A stretch of 9,353 bases of DNA from Candidatus Nanopusillus sp. (GCA_036845085.1 DAIUEN010000022.1:1-9353); one strand, 5' to 3'; counted from the first letter of the stretch, positions 1 through 7,229 are shown. Numbers and translations: made by a program. The notes: generated by a model from the letters alone, not told the origin.

Positions 1-1067
1 TTGGAAGAGAATTTTATTCGATTTGCTTAGAAGATGTATATTTTAGAATAGTTTCATATGATGATAACAATACAATAACCATTTACAGAAGCGATACTTG
101 GAATTTAGTAAACAACACAACATTAAACAGATTTGAAAAATACTCATATTATTGCAATTCAAATTATCCATATTTCATAAACTCAACAAAACCCATCTCT
201 GTTATTTATGAAAATCTCCAACCTTCCCATGAGAGTGATGATGATATTACAAGTGTTTATACAGATAAAATTTGGATTAGAGTACCTAGACATTTATGGA
301 TTTGCAGCTATGACAATAATAACTTTATAAGAGTTCAAAAATCTGATTTGACTGATCTTTGGTCTGGAACACTAAATGAGGGTCAATGTTGGTTCTCTGG
401 AAATTTATCTCCAGACTTTTATTATATTAACGCCACTTACCCAGTCACGGCTCAATTTGGCTTCGAAGATAATGATATCTATGCAATTATTTATGGTAGA
501 ACATTCCTAAATGGAACTCAAATTTACTACTTCTATTCTCATGGTTTTACTGTAGTTTCTGCATTATATCCAAATACACATGTAACAATAGAGAATTTAG
601 ATACTGGGATAGGAAATTGGAGCGGAACTTTAGCAAATGAAGGGGATTATATAAGAGTTCAGCAAATAACATCTTTTTCATTCATGGCTCCCGAGTATGT
701 AAAAGTAAAAGTTACTTCAAACAAACCAGTTCTTGTTCATACCGATGCGAATCTTTGTTGTTTAGGGTCGGAACAAATTCCAAGCATTACTGGAAAAAGT
801 GCAGGAACTTATTTCGTTTTTAGAGTTGGTAGCGTTTCTTATGATTATCAAAGATTTGTAAGAATAATTGAAAGTGAAGACGGAACAAATGTTAATATTA
901 GTGGCTGTATTTCAGCAACAGCAACATTAAACAAAGGGCAGCAAGTTGAATATTCTTGCGGAACTTCTTTTGGATTAATAAAAATTACTGCTAATAAACC
1001 AGTGTTGGTTTTTGAAAGAGGTCCTGATATAAGAGAAAGTATATCTGTGGTTTTGCCTTACAGATAA
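1..1067 (+). CDS. Partial (5'-truncated) extracellular/surface repeat protein of unknown function, with four tandem beta-sandwich-like modules
   Basis: Frame 3 is open from position 3 to the TAA at 1065-1067. The TTG at 348 in the ORF track is therefore an internal codon, and 354 aa are visible. About four modules of 85-100 aa share the pattern hydrophobic strand, (D/N)NTxVxI, TLNxG(E/Q), then (S/T/A)xKP(I/V)xV. The TLN motifs are TTLNRFE, GTLNEGQ, GTLANEGD and ATLNKGQQ. The KP motifs are STKPISVIY, TSNKPVLVH and ANKPVLVFE, with the second module degenerate. This layout resembles IgGFc-binding-type adhesin repeats. There are about nine N-x-S/T sequons and many Cys. No C-terminal TM anchor is present, and the signal peptide would lie upstream of the window. 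Confidence 0.6.
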   Translation, partial: GREFYSICLEDVYFRIVSYDDNNTITIYRSDTWNLVNNTTLNRFEKYSYYCNSNYPYFINSTKPISVIYENLQPSHESDDDITSVYTDKIWIRVPRHLWICSYDNNNFIRVQKSDLTDLWSGTLNEGQCWFSGNLSPDFYYINATYPVTAQFGFEDNDIYAIIYGRTFLNGTQIYYFYSHGFTVVSALYPNTHVTIENLDTGIGNWSGTLANEGDYIRVQQITSFSFMAPEYVKVKVTSNKPVLVHTDANLCCLGSEQIPSITGKSAGTYFVFRVGSVSYDYQRFVRIIESEDGTNVNISGCISATATLNKGQQVEYSCGTSFGLIKITANKPVLVFERGPDIRESISVVLPYR

Positions 1068-1096
1068 AAATACAGTACGTGATCTAAGAATGTGTT

Positions 1097-1108
1097 CTTA
1101 AATTTAAG
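1097..1108 (+). promoter_or_regulatory. Palindromic TATA-like box upstream of the YjbQ-family gene
   Basis: CTTAAATTTAAG is a perfect 12-bp palindrome centred about 22 nt upstream of ATG 1124. It is preceded by a 6-bp hairpin, TAAGAA-tgtg-TTCTTA (1085-1100). Confidence 0.3.
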
Positions 1109-1123
1109 TTATGATAATTATTT

Positions 1124-1537
1124 ATGATAGTATATCAAAAAGAGATAGTAATAAAAACAAAACACGTATATGATTTCATAGATATAACAGATGATATTAA
1201 GAAAATATTAAAAGATTCTGGAATAAAAAACGGACTTCTATCTTTATTTTCTTTGCATAATACGGCCTGTTTAATAATACAAGAATATGACAAAACAATA
1301 TTTAAAGATATTATAGAATTTTTTGATAGAATCTTACCACTAGATAAAAAATATCATCACGACTATGAAGGAAATATAAATGCAACAGCGCATATAAAAT
1401 CAAATCTTTTATCACAATCATTAAACATACCTATAAAAGATGGAAACTTAGTTTTAGGTACTTGGCAAAGGATAATATTTATAGAATTATTTGAACCAAG
1501 AGATAGAAAAATATTCGTGACTATATTAGGAGAATAA
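1124..1537 (+). CDS. YjbQ/UPF0047 family protein (secondary thiamine-phosphate synthase-like)
   Basis: The 137-aa length matches the family. Family-typical stretches are present: GLLSLFSLHNTACLIIQE, NATAHIKSNLLSQSLNIPI, G.LVLGTWQRI.F.E and R.R.I.VT..GE. Confidence 0.85.
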   Translation: MIVYQKEIVIKTKHVYDFIDITDDIKKILKDSGIKNGLLSLFSLHNTACLIIQEYDKTIFKDIIEFFDRILPLDKKYHHDYEGNINATAHIKSNLLSQSLNIPIKDGNLVLGTWQRIIFIELFEPRDRKIFVTILGE

Positions 1538-1580
1538 AGTATACATGCTAGCTTTTAATTTTTTAATAGAATTTACTATA

Positions 1581-2285
1581 ATGACAGAAAAATTATTTTG
1601 GAGAGATCCGTATTTAAAAGAATTTGAGGCAAAAGTTATTGAAATAAGAGATAAAGAAGTTATTTTAGATAGAACAGCATTTTATGCTAGAAGTGGAGGT
1701 CAGCCCGGAGATACAGGAGAAATAAATGGTATTAGAGTTTTAGATACTTATTACGATGACAAAGGAAATATATTACACTTATTAGAGAAAGAACCAGACT
1801 TTAGAGTAGGAGAAATTGTTAAAGGAAAAATTGATTGGGATAGAAGATATAAAATTATGAGATTACATACAGCCTTACATATAATTTCAGCAGTATTAAA
1901 TGAATTATTTGGAGATATAAAAATAACTGGAAGTCAAATATATGAAGATAAAGCAAGAATAGACTTTAATTTAGATAAATTAGATGATAATTTAGTAAAG
2001 AAAATAGAAGAAAAAGCTAATGAAATAGTAGAAAAAAATTATTCAGTATATGCAACTTTTATAAGCAAAGAAGAATTAAACAGAAATATAAAATTAAAAA
2101 GACTAATGGATGAAAAAAGATATGAAAAATATGATGTTTTAAGAGTAGTAGGTATTGGAGATATTGATTTACAATTAGATGGAGGAACACATGTAAGATC
2201 TACAAAGGAGGTTGGAAAAATAAAGATTATAGAAAGAGAAAATAAAGGAAGAAATAATAAAAGACTTATTATTACTGTTGAATAG
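1581..2285 (+). CDS. alaX: AlaX-M-type alanyl-tRNA editing protein (Ser-tRNA(Ala) deacylase)
   Basis: The N-terminal barrel motif FYARSGGQPGDTG is present, as are the HxxxH zinc motif HTALH (1866-1880) and GGTHV (H at 2190-2192). The ORF track starts at ATG 1545, which adds 12 hydrophobic residues (MLAFNFLIEFTI). Homologues as I recall them begin near ..LYW.DPYL, so ATG 1581 is preferred. ATG 1545 remains possible because AGGAGA lies 12 nt upstream of it. Confidence 0.85.
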   Translation: MTEKLFWRDPYLKEFEAKVIEIRDKEVILDRTAFYARSGGQPGDTGEINGIRVLDTYYDDKGNILHLLEKEPDFRVGEIVKGKIDWDRRYKIMRLHTALHIISAVLNELFGDIKITGSQIYEDKARIDFNLDKLDDNLVKKIEEKANEIVEKNYSVYATFISKEELNRNIKLKRLMDEKRYEKYDVLRVVGIGDIDLQLDGGTHVRSTKEVGKIKIIERENKGRNNKRLIITVE

Positions 2286-2730
2286 TTCTTTTTTCGATTA
2301 AAATAGTAATTCCGTACTTAGATCCAATATATTCCATTAAAAATTTTTTAAAGTCTTTATTTTCCAAAATAGAATCTAATCCTAAATAACCTTCTCTAGA
2401 ATATATCCATCTTTCAATTTCTATACAATATTTACAACCAATAGTAGCTCTTAATAAATCAGAAAACCATGATTCGGGTACTTTCAATTCCTGTGATATT
2501 TCAAAATTAAAAACACACTTACAATTACCATCTCTAGAATATAGAGTAATCTCATATCTTCCTAGTACCCTAAAAAAATTATCTATTGATTTATCGATAG
2601 GTTTTCCATCTTCATTCTGAACAAAATAAAATAAAGAAAGAAATTCATATAATGCTTTTTTATATTTATCTTCAGAAGACTTTTGATCCATTATACAATT
2701 ACATTTTATAGCTTCTTCCAAACACTTCAT
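2272..2730 (-). CDS. Hypothetical Cys-rich protein (152 aa), no recognisable family
   Basis: This is a long ORF in a region with no competing gene. Its composition matches neighbouring genes. It has seven Cys arranged as C3, CxC (10/12), CxC (80/82) and CxxC (119/122). Its 3' end overlaps alaX by 14 nt. An alternative start at Met14 is possible. Confidence 0.5.
   Translation of the reverse strand: MKCLEEAIKCNCIMDQKSSEDKYKKALYEFLSLFYFVQNEDGKPIDKSIDNFFRVLGRYEITLYSRDGNCKCVFNFEISQELKVPESWFSDLLRATIGCKYCIEIERWIYSREGYLGLDSILENKDFKKFLMEYIGSKYGITILIEKRTIQQ
2286..2295 (+). terminator. Oligo-T tract immediately after the alaX stop (candidate archaeal terminator)
   Basis: TTCTTTTTTC starts 1 nt after the TAG at 2283-2285. 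It lies inside the 3' coding end of the opposing 152-aa ORF. Confidence 0.3.
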
Positions 2731-2790
2731 TAAAATTTTTCATTATAGAAAATATTAAAAAGTAATTTTAGTTAAGCATTTAAATTTTAT

Positions 2791-3021
2791 TTATTTTTTT
2801 TTCTGTAACTCACTTATATTTATAGTTCCATCTTCTATATATCCTATTAGCTTTCTTTTTGCTTTCCTAAGACAAGATATATGTATTAAATATTTTTGAT
2901 TGTTTCTAGTAAAAGTTCTATATTTTTCATATTCATAAATTGGATTATTGCATACAAAACATTTTCCAATTTCTTTTTTTTCTTTTATAGTGTTACCTCG
3001 TAATTCGTCAAATATCCCCAT
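2791..3021 (-). CDS. Hypothetical small CCHC zinc-finger-like basic protein (76 aa)
   Basis: The spacing C21-x2-C24 ... H47-x2-C50 (CFVC ... HISC) looks like a treble-clef or zinc-ribbon ligand set. The C-terminal half is basic (RKAKRKL, QKKK). A palindromic TATA-like element lies about 20 nt upstream of the ATG. No family was recognised. Confidence 0.5.
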   Translation of the reverse strand: MGIFDELRGNTIKEKKEIGKCFVCNNPIYEYEKYRTFTRNNQKYLIHISCLRKAKRKLIGYIEDGTINISELQKKK

Positions 3022-3121
3022 TTAAAAGTATTGAAATATATATTTTAATATTTTGTTATTATACTTCAAGTATAACCAAAATTAAGATTAAATTTAAAAT
3101 AATATTAAATAAATATTTAAA
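3022..3121. promoter_or_regulatory. Divergent promoter region between the 76-aa zinc-finger gene and fen
   Basis: This is a 100-bp, almost pure A/T spacer. The palindromic TATA-like AAATATATATTT (3034-3045) lies about 19 nt from the minus-strand ATG. TTTAAAATAA (~3094-3103) lies about 24 nt from the fen ATG, which suggests leaderless or short-leader mRNAs. A 6-1-6 inverted repeat ATACTTcAAGTAT sits at 3061-3073. Confidence 0.4.
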
Positions 3122-4168
3122 ATGGGTTTATCTGAAATAAGAGAGTTGATTAAACCAGCTATAAAAGAAGTTGAACTTAATTTTTTCTCAGGAAAAAAAG
3201 TAGCTTTGGATGCATTTAATGCTTTATATCAATTTTTGTCCGCAATAAGACAACAAGATGGTAGTCCATTAATGGATTCTAAAGGTAATATAACTTCTCA
3301 CCTCTCAGGATTATTTTATAGAACAAAAAATTTATTAGAAGCTGGAATAAAAGTAGTTTATGTTTTCGATGGAAAACATCCAGAATTCAAAAGAAAAGAG
3401 CAAGAAATTAGAGAAGAATTAAAGAAAAAAATGGAAGAAAAATATAAAAAAGCATTAGAATTAGGAATAAAATCTGACTTAAAAAAATATGCTAGCGGCA
3501 CTTCTAAATTAACACCAAAGATGGTTGAAGAATCTAAAGAATTATTAGATGCTATGGGTGTTCCTTGGATACAGGCTCCTTCCGAAGGAGAAGCACAAGC
3601 CGCATATATGGTAAAAAAAGGTATAGTAGATTATGTTGGTTCACAAGATTATGATTCTTTATTATTTGGTGGCTTAAGAATTGCAAGAAATCTTACAATC
3701 TCTGGAAAAAGAAAGGTTAAAGGTGTTGAAGTAGAAATAAAACCAGAGATAATAAATATAGAAGATGTATTAAAAATTCTAAAGTTCGATGATATTAGAA
3801 AGCTAATATGGTTTGCTATTATAATAGGAACAGATTATAATCCAGATGGTATACCAGGTATTGGCATTAAAACTGCCTATGAATTAGTAAAAAATACTAA
3901 CGATCCAGAAAAATTGTTTAAATATATTGGTTGGGAAAAATATTATAAAGATATAGATTGGAAAGAACTAGAAGAATTCTTTTTAGATCCACCAGTTGAA
4001 GATATAACTAATATTGAATGGAAAGAGCCTAATGAAGAAAAAATAATAAAAATATTAGTTGAAGATCATGATTTTAGCGAAGAAAGAGTTAAAAAAGCTA
4101 TAGAAGAGTTAAAAAAATCTATAAAATCCAGTTCCCAAACTAAAATTTTATCTTTTTTCAAAAATTAG
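3122..4168 (+). CDS. fen: Flap endonuclease 1 (FEN-1)
   Basis: The sequence is FEN-1/XPG-like over its full length. Motifs include ALDAFNALYQFL, VYVFDG, APSEGEAQAAYM, SQDYDSLLFG and IGTDYNP.GIPGIG (H3TH). The C-terminus carries the PIP box QTKILSFF. Confidence 0.95.
   Translation: MGLSEIRELIKPAIKEVELNFFSGKKVALDAFNALYQFLSAIRQQDGSPLMDSKGNITSHLSGLFYRTKNLLEAGIKVVYVFDGKHPEFKRKEQEIREELKKKMEEKYKKALELGIKSDLKKYASGTSKLTPKMVEESKELLDAMGVPWIQAPSEGEAQAAYMVKKGIVDYVGSQDYDSLLFGGLRIARNLTISGKRKVKGVEVEIKPEIINIEDVLKILKFDDIRKLIWFAIIIGTDYNPDGIPGIGIKTAYELVKNTNDPEKLFKYIGWEKYYKDIDWKELEEFFLDPPVEDITNIEWKEPNEEKIIKILVEDHDFSEERVKKAIEELKKSIKSSSQTKILSFFKN
4136..4159 (+). other. PCNA-interacting (PIP) box at the FEN-1 C-terminus
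   Basis: Codons 339-346 encode Q-T-K-I-L-S-F-F, which fits Qxx(I/L/M)xx(F/Y)(F/Y), two residues before the stop. Confidence 0.7.
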
Positions 4169-5244
4169 TCCTTATCTTTAGTTTTCCATACATACAAATA
4201 ACTCATAGTAAAATTAAATAAAAATCCTACTAATATACCAATAATTTGAGAAAGCATATAGAATAACCCAAAATAATAAAAAAATATCAAAGCTGTAATA
4301 TATTGCATTATAGTCCCAATAGAAGTAAAATATATGTATCTAAAATATTTTTCTATATTTTTTTCTTCAGATTTTATATCTCTAAACGTCCATAAATTAT
4401 TTAAAATAAAATTATTAGTAGCAGATATAAAAAAAGCCAATATACTAGCCATATAAAAATCCAATTTTAATATTTTATAAAATAAATACAAAAATATTAA
4501 ATTTATTAAAGTTCCTGAAAATCCAACTATAGAAAATTTCGTCAATCTACTAAGTATAGATAAATTAAATATTTGATATATGTATCTTATTCCTTCCTTT
4601 ATTCCCAATTTTGATTTACCATATTTTCTTTTTGAAAATTTATACGGTATTTCCACTATCTTATTCCAATCTGTTTTTACAATTATTTCTAAAAGTATTT
4701 TGAATCCTTCTTTGTCCGTTAGTTCAAAATTTTTTAATAATTCCCTTTTTACTAAGAAATATCCAGAAACTACGTCTTTTATTTTTCTAGTCTTTGGCAA
4801 AAAAATATGAGATATTAGTATTGAAATCTTAGAAATAAGCTTTCTAAATAAATTCCATTCTTCTATTTCACCCCCTTCTATATATCTAGAAGCTACAACT
4901 ATATCATAACCTTCTCTAGCTTTAATATATAATTCATACAATAATTCTGGAGGATGTTGCAAATCAGCATCCATTAATACTATATATTTTCCCTTAGAAT
5001 TTTTATATCCTTCAATAAAAGCTGAATTTAGCCCTAATCTTTTTTTTCTTTTAATTAATTTAATGTTATTGTATATTCTAGAATATTCTTCTATTATCTC
5101 ATAAGTTTTATCTTCAGAGTTATCATCAACAAAAATTATCTCATATTTTATACCTTTATCATCTAAAGTTTTTTTTATCCTATCTATGAGTTCTGGTATA
5201 TTTTCTCTTTCATTATATGTAGGAATTATTATTGAAACATCCAT
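4165..5244 (-). CDS. GT2 glycosyltransferase, dolichol/polyprenol-phosphate mannose (or glucose) synthase-like, with a C-terminal GtrA-like 4-TM domain
   Basis: The N-terminus VSIIIPTYNERENI, plus FVDDNSEDKT and LMDADLQHPP (the DxD region), are typical of Dpm1-type GT-A enzymes. The last ~130 aa form about four hydrophobic helices (GtrA-like). The overall architecture matches the archaeal DPMS described for Pyrococcus. Confidence 0.85.
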   Translation of the reverse strand: MDVSIIIPTYNERENIPELIDRIKKTLDDKGIKYEIIFVDDNSEDKTYEIIEEYSRIYNNIKLIKRKKRLGLNSAFIEGYKNSKGKYIVLMDADLQHPPELLYELYIKAREGYDIVVASRYIEGGEIEEWNLFRKLISKISILISHIFLPKTRKIKDVVSGYFLVKRELLKNFELTDKEGFKILLEIIVKTDWNKIVEIPYKFSKRKYGKSKLGIKEGIRYIYQIFNLSILSRLTKFSIVGFSGTLINLIFLYLFYKILKLDFYMASILAFFISATNNFILNNLWTFRDIKSEEKNIEKYFRYIYFTSIGTIMQYITALIFFYYFGLFYMLSQIIGILVGFLFNFTMSYLYVWKTKDKD

Positions 5245-5283
5245 TTACTATACTTATAAATATTATTGATAAATACATCTACA
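5245..5283. promoter_or_regulatory. Compact 39-bp divergent promoter between the GT2 gene and rpl37e
   Basis: TTATAAAT (5254-5261) lies about 25-30 nt upstream of ATG 5284. On the other strand, TATTTATC (complement of ~5267-5276) lies about 25 nt upstream of the GT2 ATG (5244). Both genes would have little or no leader. Confidence 0.4.
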
Positions 5284-5448
5284 ATGACTGTACTAGGTGG
5301 AAGGTCTAAGACAAATCATGTTATATGTAGAAGATGTGGTAGACAGACATATAATCCAGATAAAGGATACTGTTCACACTGTGGATTTGGAAAAAGCTCA
5401 AAAATTAGGATGTATAGATGGAGTTATAAAGCTAAAAGAAAATGGTAG
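5284..5448 (+). CDS. rpl37e: 50S ribosomal protein L37e (eL37)
   Basis: The zinc-ribbon core H.ICRRCGR.TYN..K.YC..CGFG.S.K.R.Y.W has CxxC-x11-CxxC spacing. The ORF track begins at TTG 5266. ATG 5284 is preferred because a TATA-like TTATAAAT lies about 25-30 nt upstream. Confidence 0.9.
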   Translation: MTVLGGRSKTNHVICRRCGRQTYNPDKGYCSHCGFGKSSKIRMYRWSYKAKRKW

Positions 5449-6200
5449 CAGTAAATATAAATGGAGGATCCGAAGATAAAGAAAGAGAAGCATTAAAGAA
5501 AATAGAAAAAAAGAAATTTGATCCGGAATCATGGAATCCAAAAACAGAACTTGGAAAACTTGTAAAATCCGGCAAAATTACATCAATAGAACAAATATTT
5601 TTACATGGATATAAAATATTGGAAGCTGAAATTGTAGACTTCTTATTACCCGATTTAGAACACGATTATATAAGGTTATCTTTATCTAAAGGAAAATACA
5701 GAAGACCAAAGATATTAAAAATGACCCAAAGAAAAACTGCAGAAGGGAATAAAACATCATGGGAAGCTGTAGCAGTTGTAGGAAATAAAAATGGATATGT
5801 TGGGGTCGGGATAGGAAAATCTGCAGATCAACAATTAGCACTAGAAAAAGCATTAAGAAATGCAAAATTAAACATAATACCAATAGCTAGAGGATGTGGA
5901 TCTTGGGAATGCTCTTGTAGAACTCCGCATTCAATTCCTTTTAAAGTATATGGAAAATCTAGCTCAGTAGAAGTAATATTATTACCAGCTCCTAGAGGTG
6001 TTGGTCTTGTAGCACCAAATGAGATAAAAAAGATCTTAAGATTAGCAGGAATAAAAGATATTTGGATGAAATCTTTTGGACAAACTAGAAAAAGACTAAA
6101 CTTTGCTATGGCTGTTTATAATGCACTTAAGCAAACAACTTCTTATAGAATAAATAAAGAGTATAAGGCCATATCTGGAATAAAAGTTGGATTAATATAA
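5442..6200 (+). CDS. rps5: 30S ribosomal protein S5 (uS5)
   Basis: Matching stretches are [58 protein letters not shown]. The ATG overlaps the eL37 stop (ATGGTAG, 7-nt overlap). There is an N-terminal extension of about 25 aa. Confidence 0.95.
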   Translation: MVAVNINGGSEDKEREALKKIEKKKFDPESWNPKTELGKLVKSGKITSIEQIFLHGYKILEAEIVDFLLPDLEHDYIRLSLSKGKYRRPKILKMTQRKTAEGNKTSWEAVAVVGNKNGYVGVGIGKSADQQLALEKALRNAKLNIIPIARGCGSWECSCRTPHSIPFKVYGKSSSVEVILLPAPRGVGLVAPNEIKKILRLAGIKDIWMKSFGQTRKRLNFAMAVYNALKQTTSYRINKEYKAISGIKVGLI

Positions 6201-6670
6201 TGGTGGAAAAGGTCCTAGTGATAAGAATAAAAGGAGTTGTAAAAACAGATAAAGAAATAAAAGATACTTTATATTTATTAAGACTAAGGAAAACTATGAC
6301 AGCAGCAATATATGATAAAAATCCTTCAATTTTAGGAATGATAAAAAAAGTAGAACCTTGGGTTGCTTGGGGAGAAATTAATAAAGAAACATTTAAATTA
6401 TTACTTTTGAAAAGAGGAAGATTAAAAGGAAATAAAAGAATAACAGAAAAATACATAAAGGAAAAAACAGGATTGTCTATTGAAGAATTTATAGAAAAAT
6501 ATTTTAATAATGAAATAAAATTAGAAGACTTAGGAATAAAGCCCTTCTTTAGACTAAAACCACCATCTAAAGGATTTCCTAGAAAGGGTATAAAAATGCC
6601 TTATAACTTAGGTGGGGCATATGGATACTATGGCAAAGATATAAATGATTTACTACTAAGAATGATATAA
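6200..6670 (+). CDS. rpl30: 50S ribosomal protein L30 (uL30, archaeal long form)
   Basis: The motif LVIRIKG.V......I.DTL..LRL is present, and the ~155-aa length fits archaeal uL30. The start overlaps the uS5 stop (TAATG). Confidence 0.93.
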   Translation: MVEKVLVIRIKGVVKTDKEIKDTLYLLRLRKTMTAAIYDKNPSILGMIKKVEPWVAWGEINKETFKLLLLKRGRLKGNKRITEKYIKEKTGLSIEEFIEKYFNNEIKLEDLGIKPFFRLKPPSKGFPRKGIKMPYNLGGAYGYYGKDINDLLLRMI

Positions 6671-6671
6671 A

Positions 6672-7229
6672 ATGGCTAAGAGACCTTGGAGAATGTTTGT
6701 AGAAATAGAACTACCATATACTAGATTTTCTTATAGCAAAAAGTTAAATAAAATACCTGGAGCTCCAGTATCTAGGTTAAGGTTAAATATAATGGGGTTA
6801 AAAAATATACCAAAAGAGCAATGGAAATATTCAGGGCACTTAATTTCTCTATATAATATACAAATATCAGATTATTCATTAGAAGCTGTAAGAATAAATT
6901 TATCTAAATATCTTGAAAAAGATGTTAAAGAATTCCTATTTATAATAAGGAAGTGGCCTCACCATGTTATAAGAGAACATCCCCTAGCATATGGAGCTGG
7001 TGCTGATAGAATTTCTCAAGGTATGAGACTTTCTTTTGGAAAGCCAACATATAGAGCAGCTCAGATATACTATAAGGACATTATATTATCCATATATTAC
7101 AATAGGCAAGAATTAACAGAAAAAATAAAGTATATCTTGGAAGTAGCTAAGAAGAAATTATCCGGAAAATATAAAATATACGTAGGAGAAAATAAACCAG
7201 AAGAAGAAATATTAAAAAACATTATCTAA
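6672..7229 (+). CDS. rpl10e: 50S ribosomal protein L10e (uL16)
   Basis: The N-terminus MAKRPWRMF....LPYTR..Y....PG and the motif GAGADRISQGMRLSFGKP are typical of archaeal/eukaryotic L10e. The start lies 1 nt after the uL30 stop. Confidence 0.9.
   Translation: MAKRPWRMFVEIELPYTRFSYSKKLNKIPGAPVSRLRLNIMGLKNIPKEQWKYSGHLISLYNIQISDYSLEAVRINLSKYLEKDVKEFLFIIRKWPHHVIREHPLAYGAGADRISQGMRLSFGKPTYRAAQIYYKDIILSIYYNRQELTEKIKYILEVAKKKLSGKYKIYVGENKPEEEILKNII

Noticed and set aside
234-240. C/D-box sRNA candidates: GTGATGA at 234-240, ATGATGA at 8874-8880, and minus-strand TGATGA/CTGA near 8070-8100
   Set aside because: No correctly spaced D/D' (CTGA) and C' boxes or terminal stem could be found around them. 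All lie inside coding sequence, and such heptamers are expected by chance.
348-1067. TTG at 348 as the start of the first CDS (as listed in the ORF track)
   Set aside because: The same frame is open from position 3. The upstream translation continues the same repeat architecture (TTLNRFE.., STKPISVIY). The gene is therefore truncated by the window edge, not started at 348.
1085-1100. Hairpin TAAGAA-tgtg-TTCTTA after the first CDS as an intrinsic terminator
   Set aside because: It has only 6 A/T-rich base pairs and no following T-tract. Archaeal termination depends mainly on oligo-T. I noted it only as part of the promoter-proximal region.
4580-4810. 76-aa plus-strand ORF
   Set aside because: It lies entirely antisense within the well-supported GT2 gene. 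Its sequence is low-complexity and rich in Phe/Ser/Leu, typical of shadow ORFs opposite Lys/Glu-rich AT-rich coding sequence.
5266-5283. TTG 5266 as the rpl37e start
   Set aside because: It adds six non-conserved residues and would place the start inside the TATA-like element. ATG 5284 gives the N-terminus expected for eL37.
5297-5479. 60-aa GTG-initiated ORF overlapping rpl37e in another frame
   Set aside because: It overlaps the conserved eL37 zinc-ribbon gene and the uS5 start. It has no recognisable motif. It is probably open only because this segment is locally less AT-rich.
5686-5883. 65-aa minus-strand ORF
   Set aside because: It is antisense inside rps5, with hydrophobic low-complexity shadow-frame composition.
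6127-6456. 109-aa minus-strand ORF
   Set aside because: It is antisense across the rps5/rpl30 junction. The sense-strand genes are strongly supported by conserved motifs.
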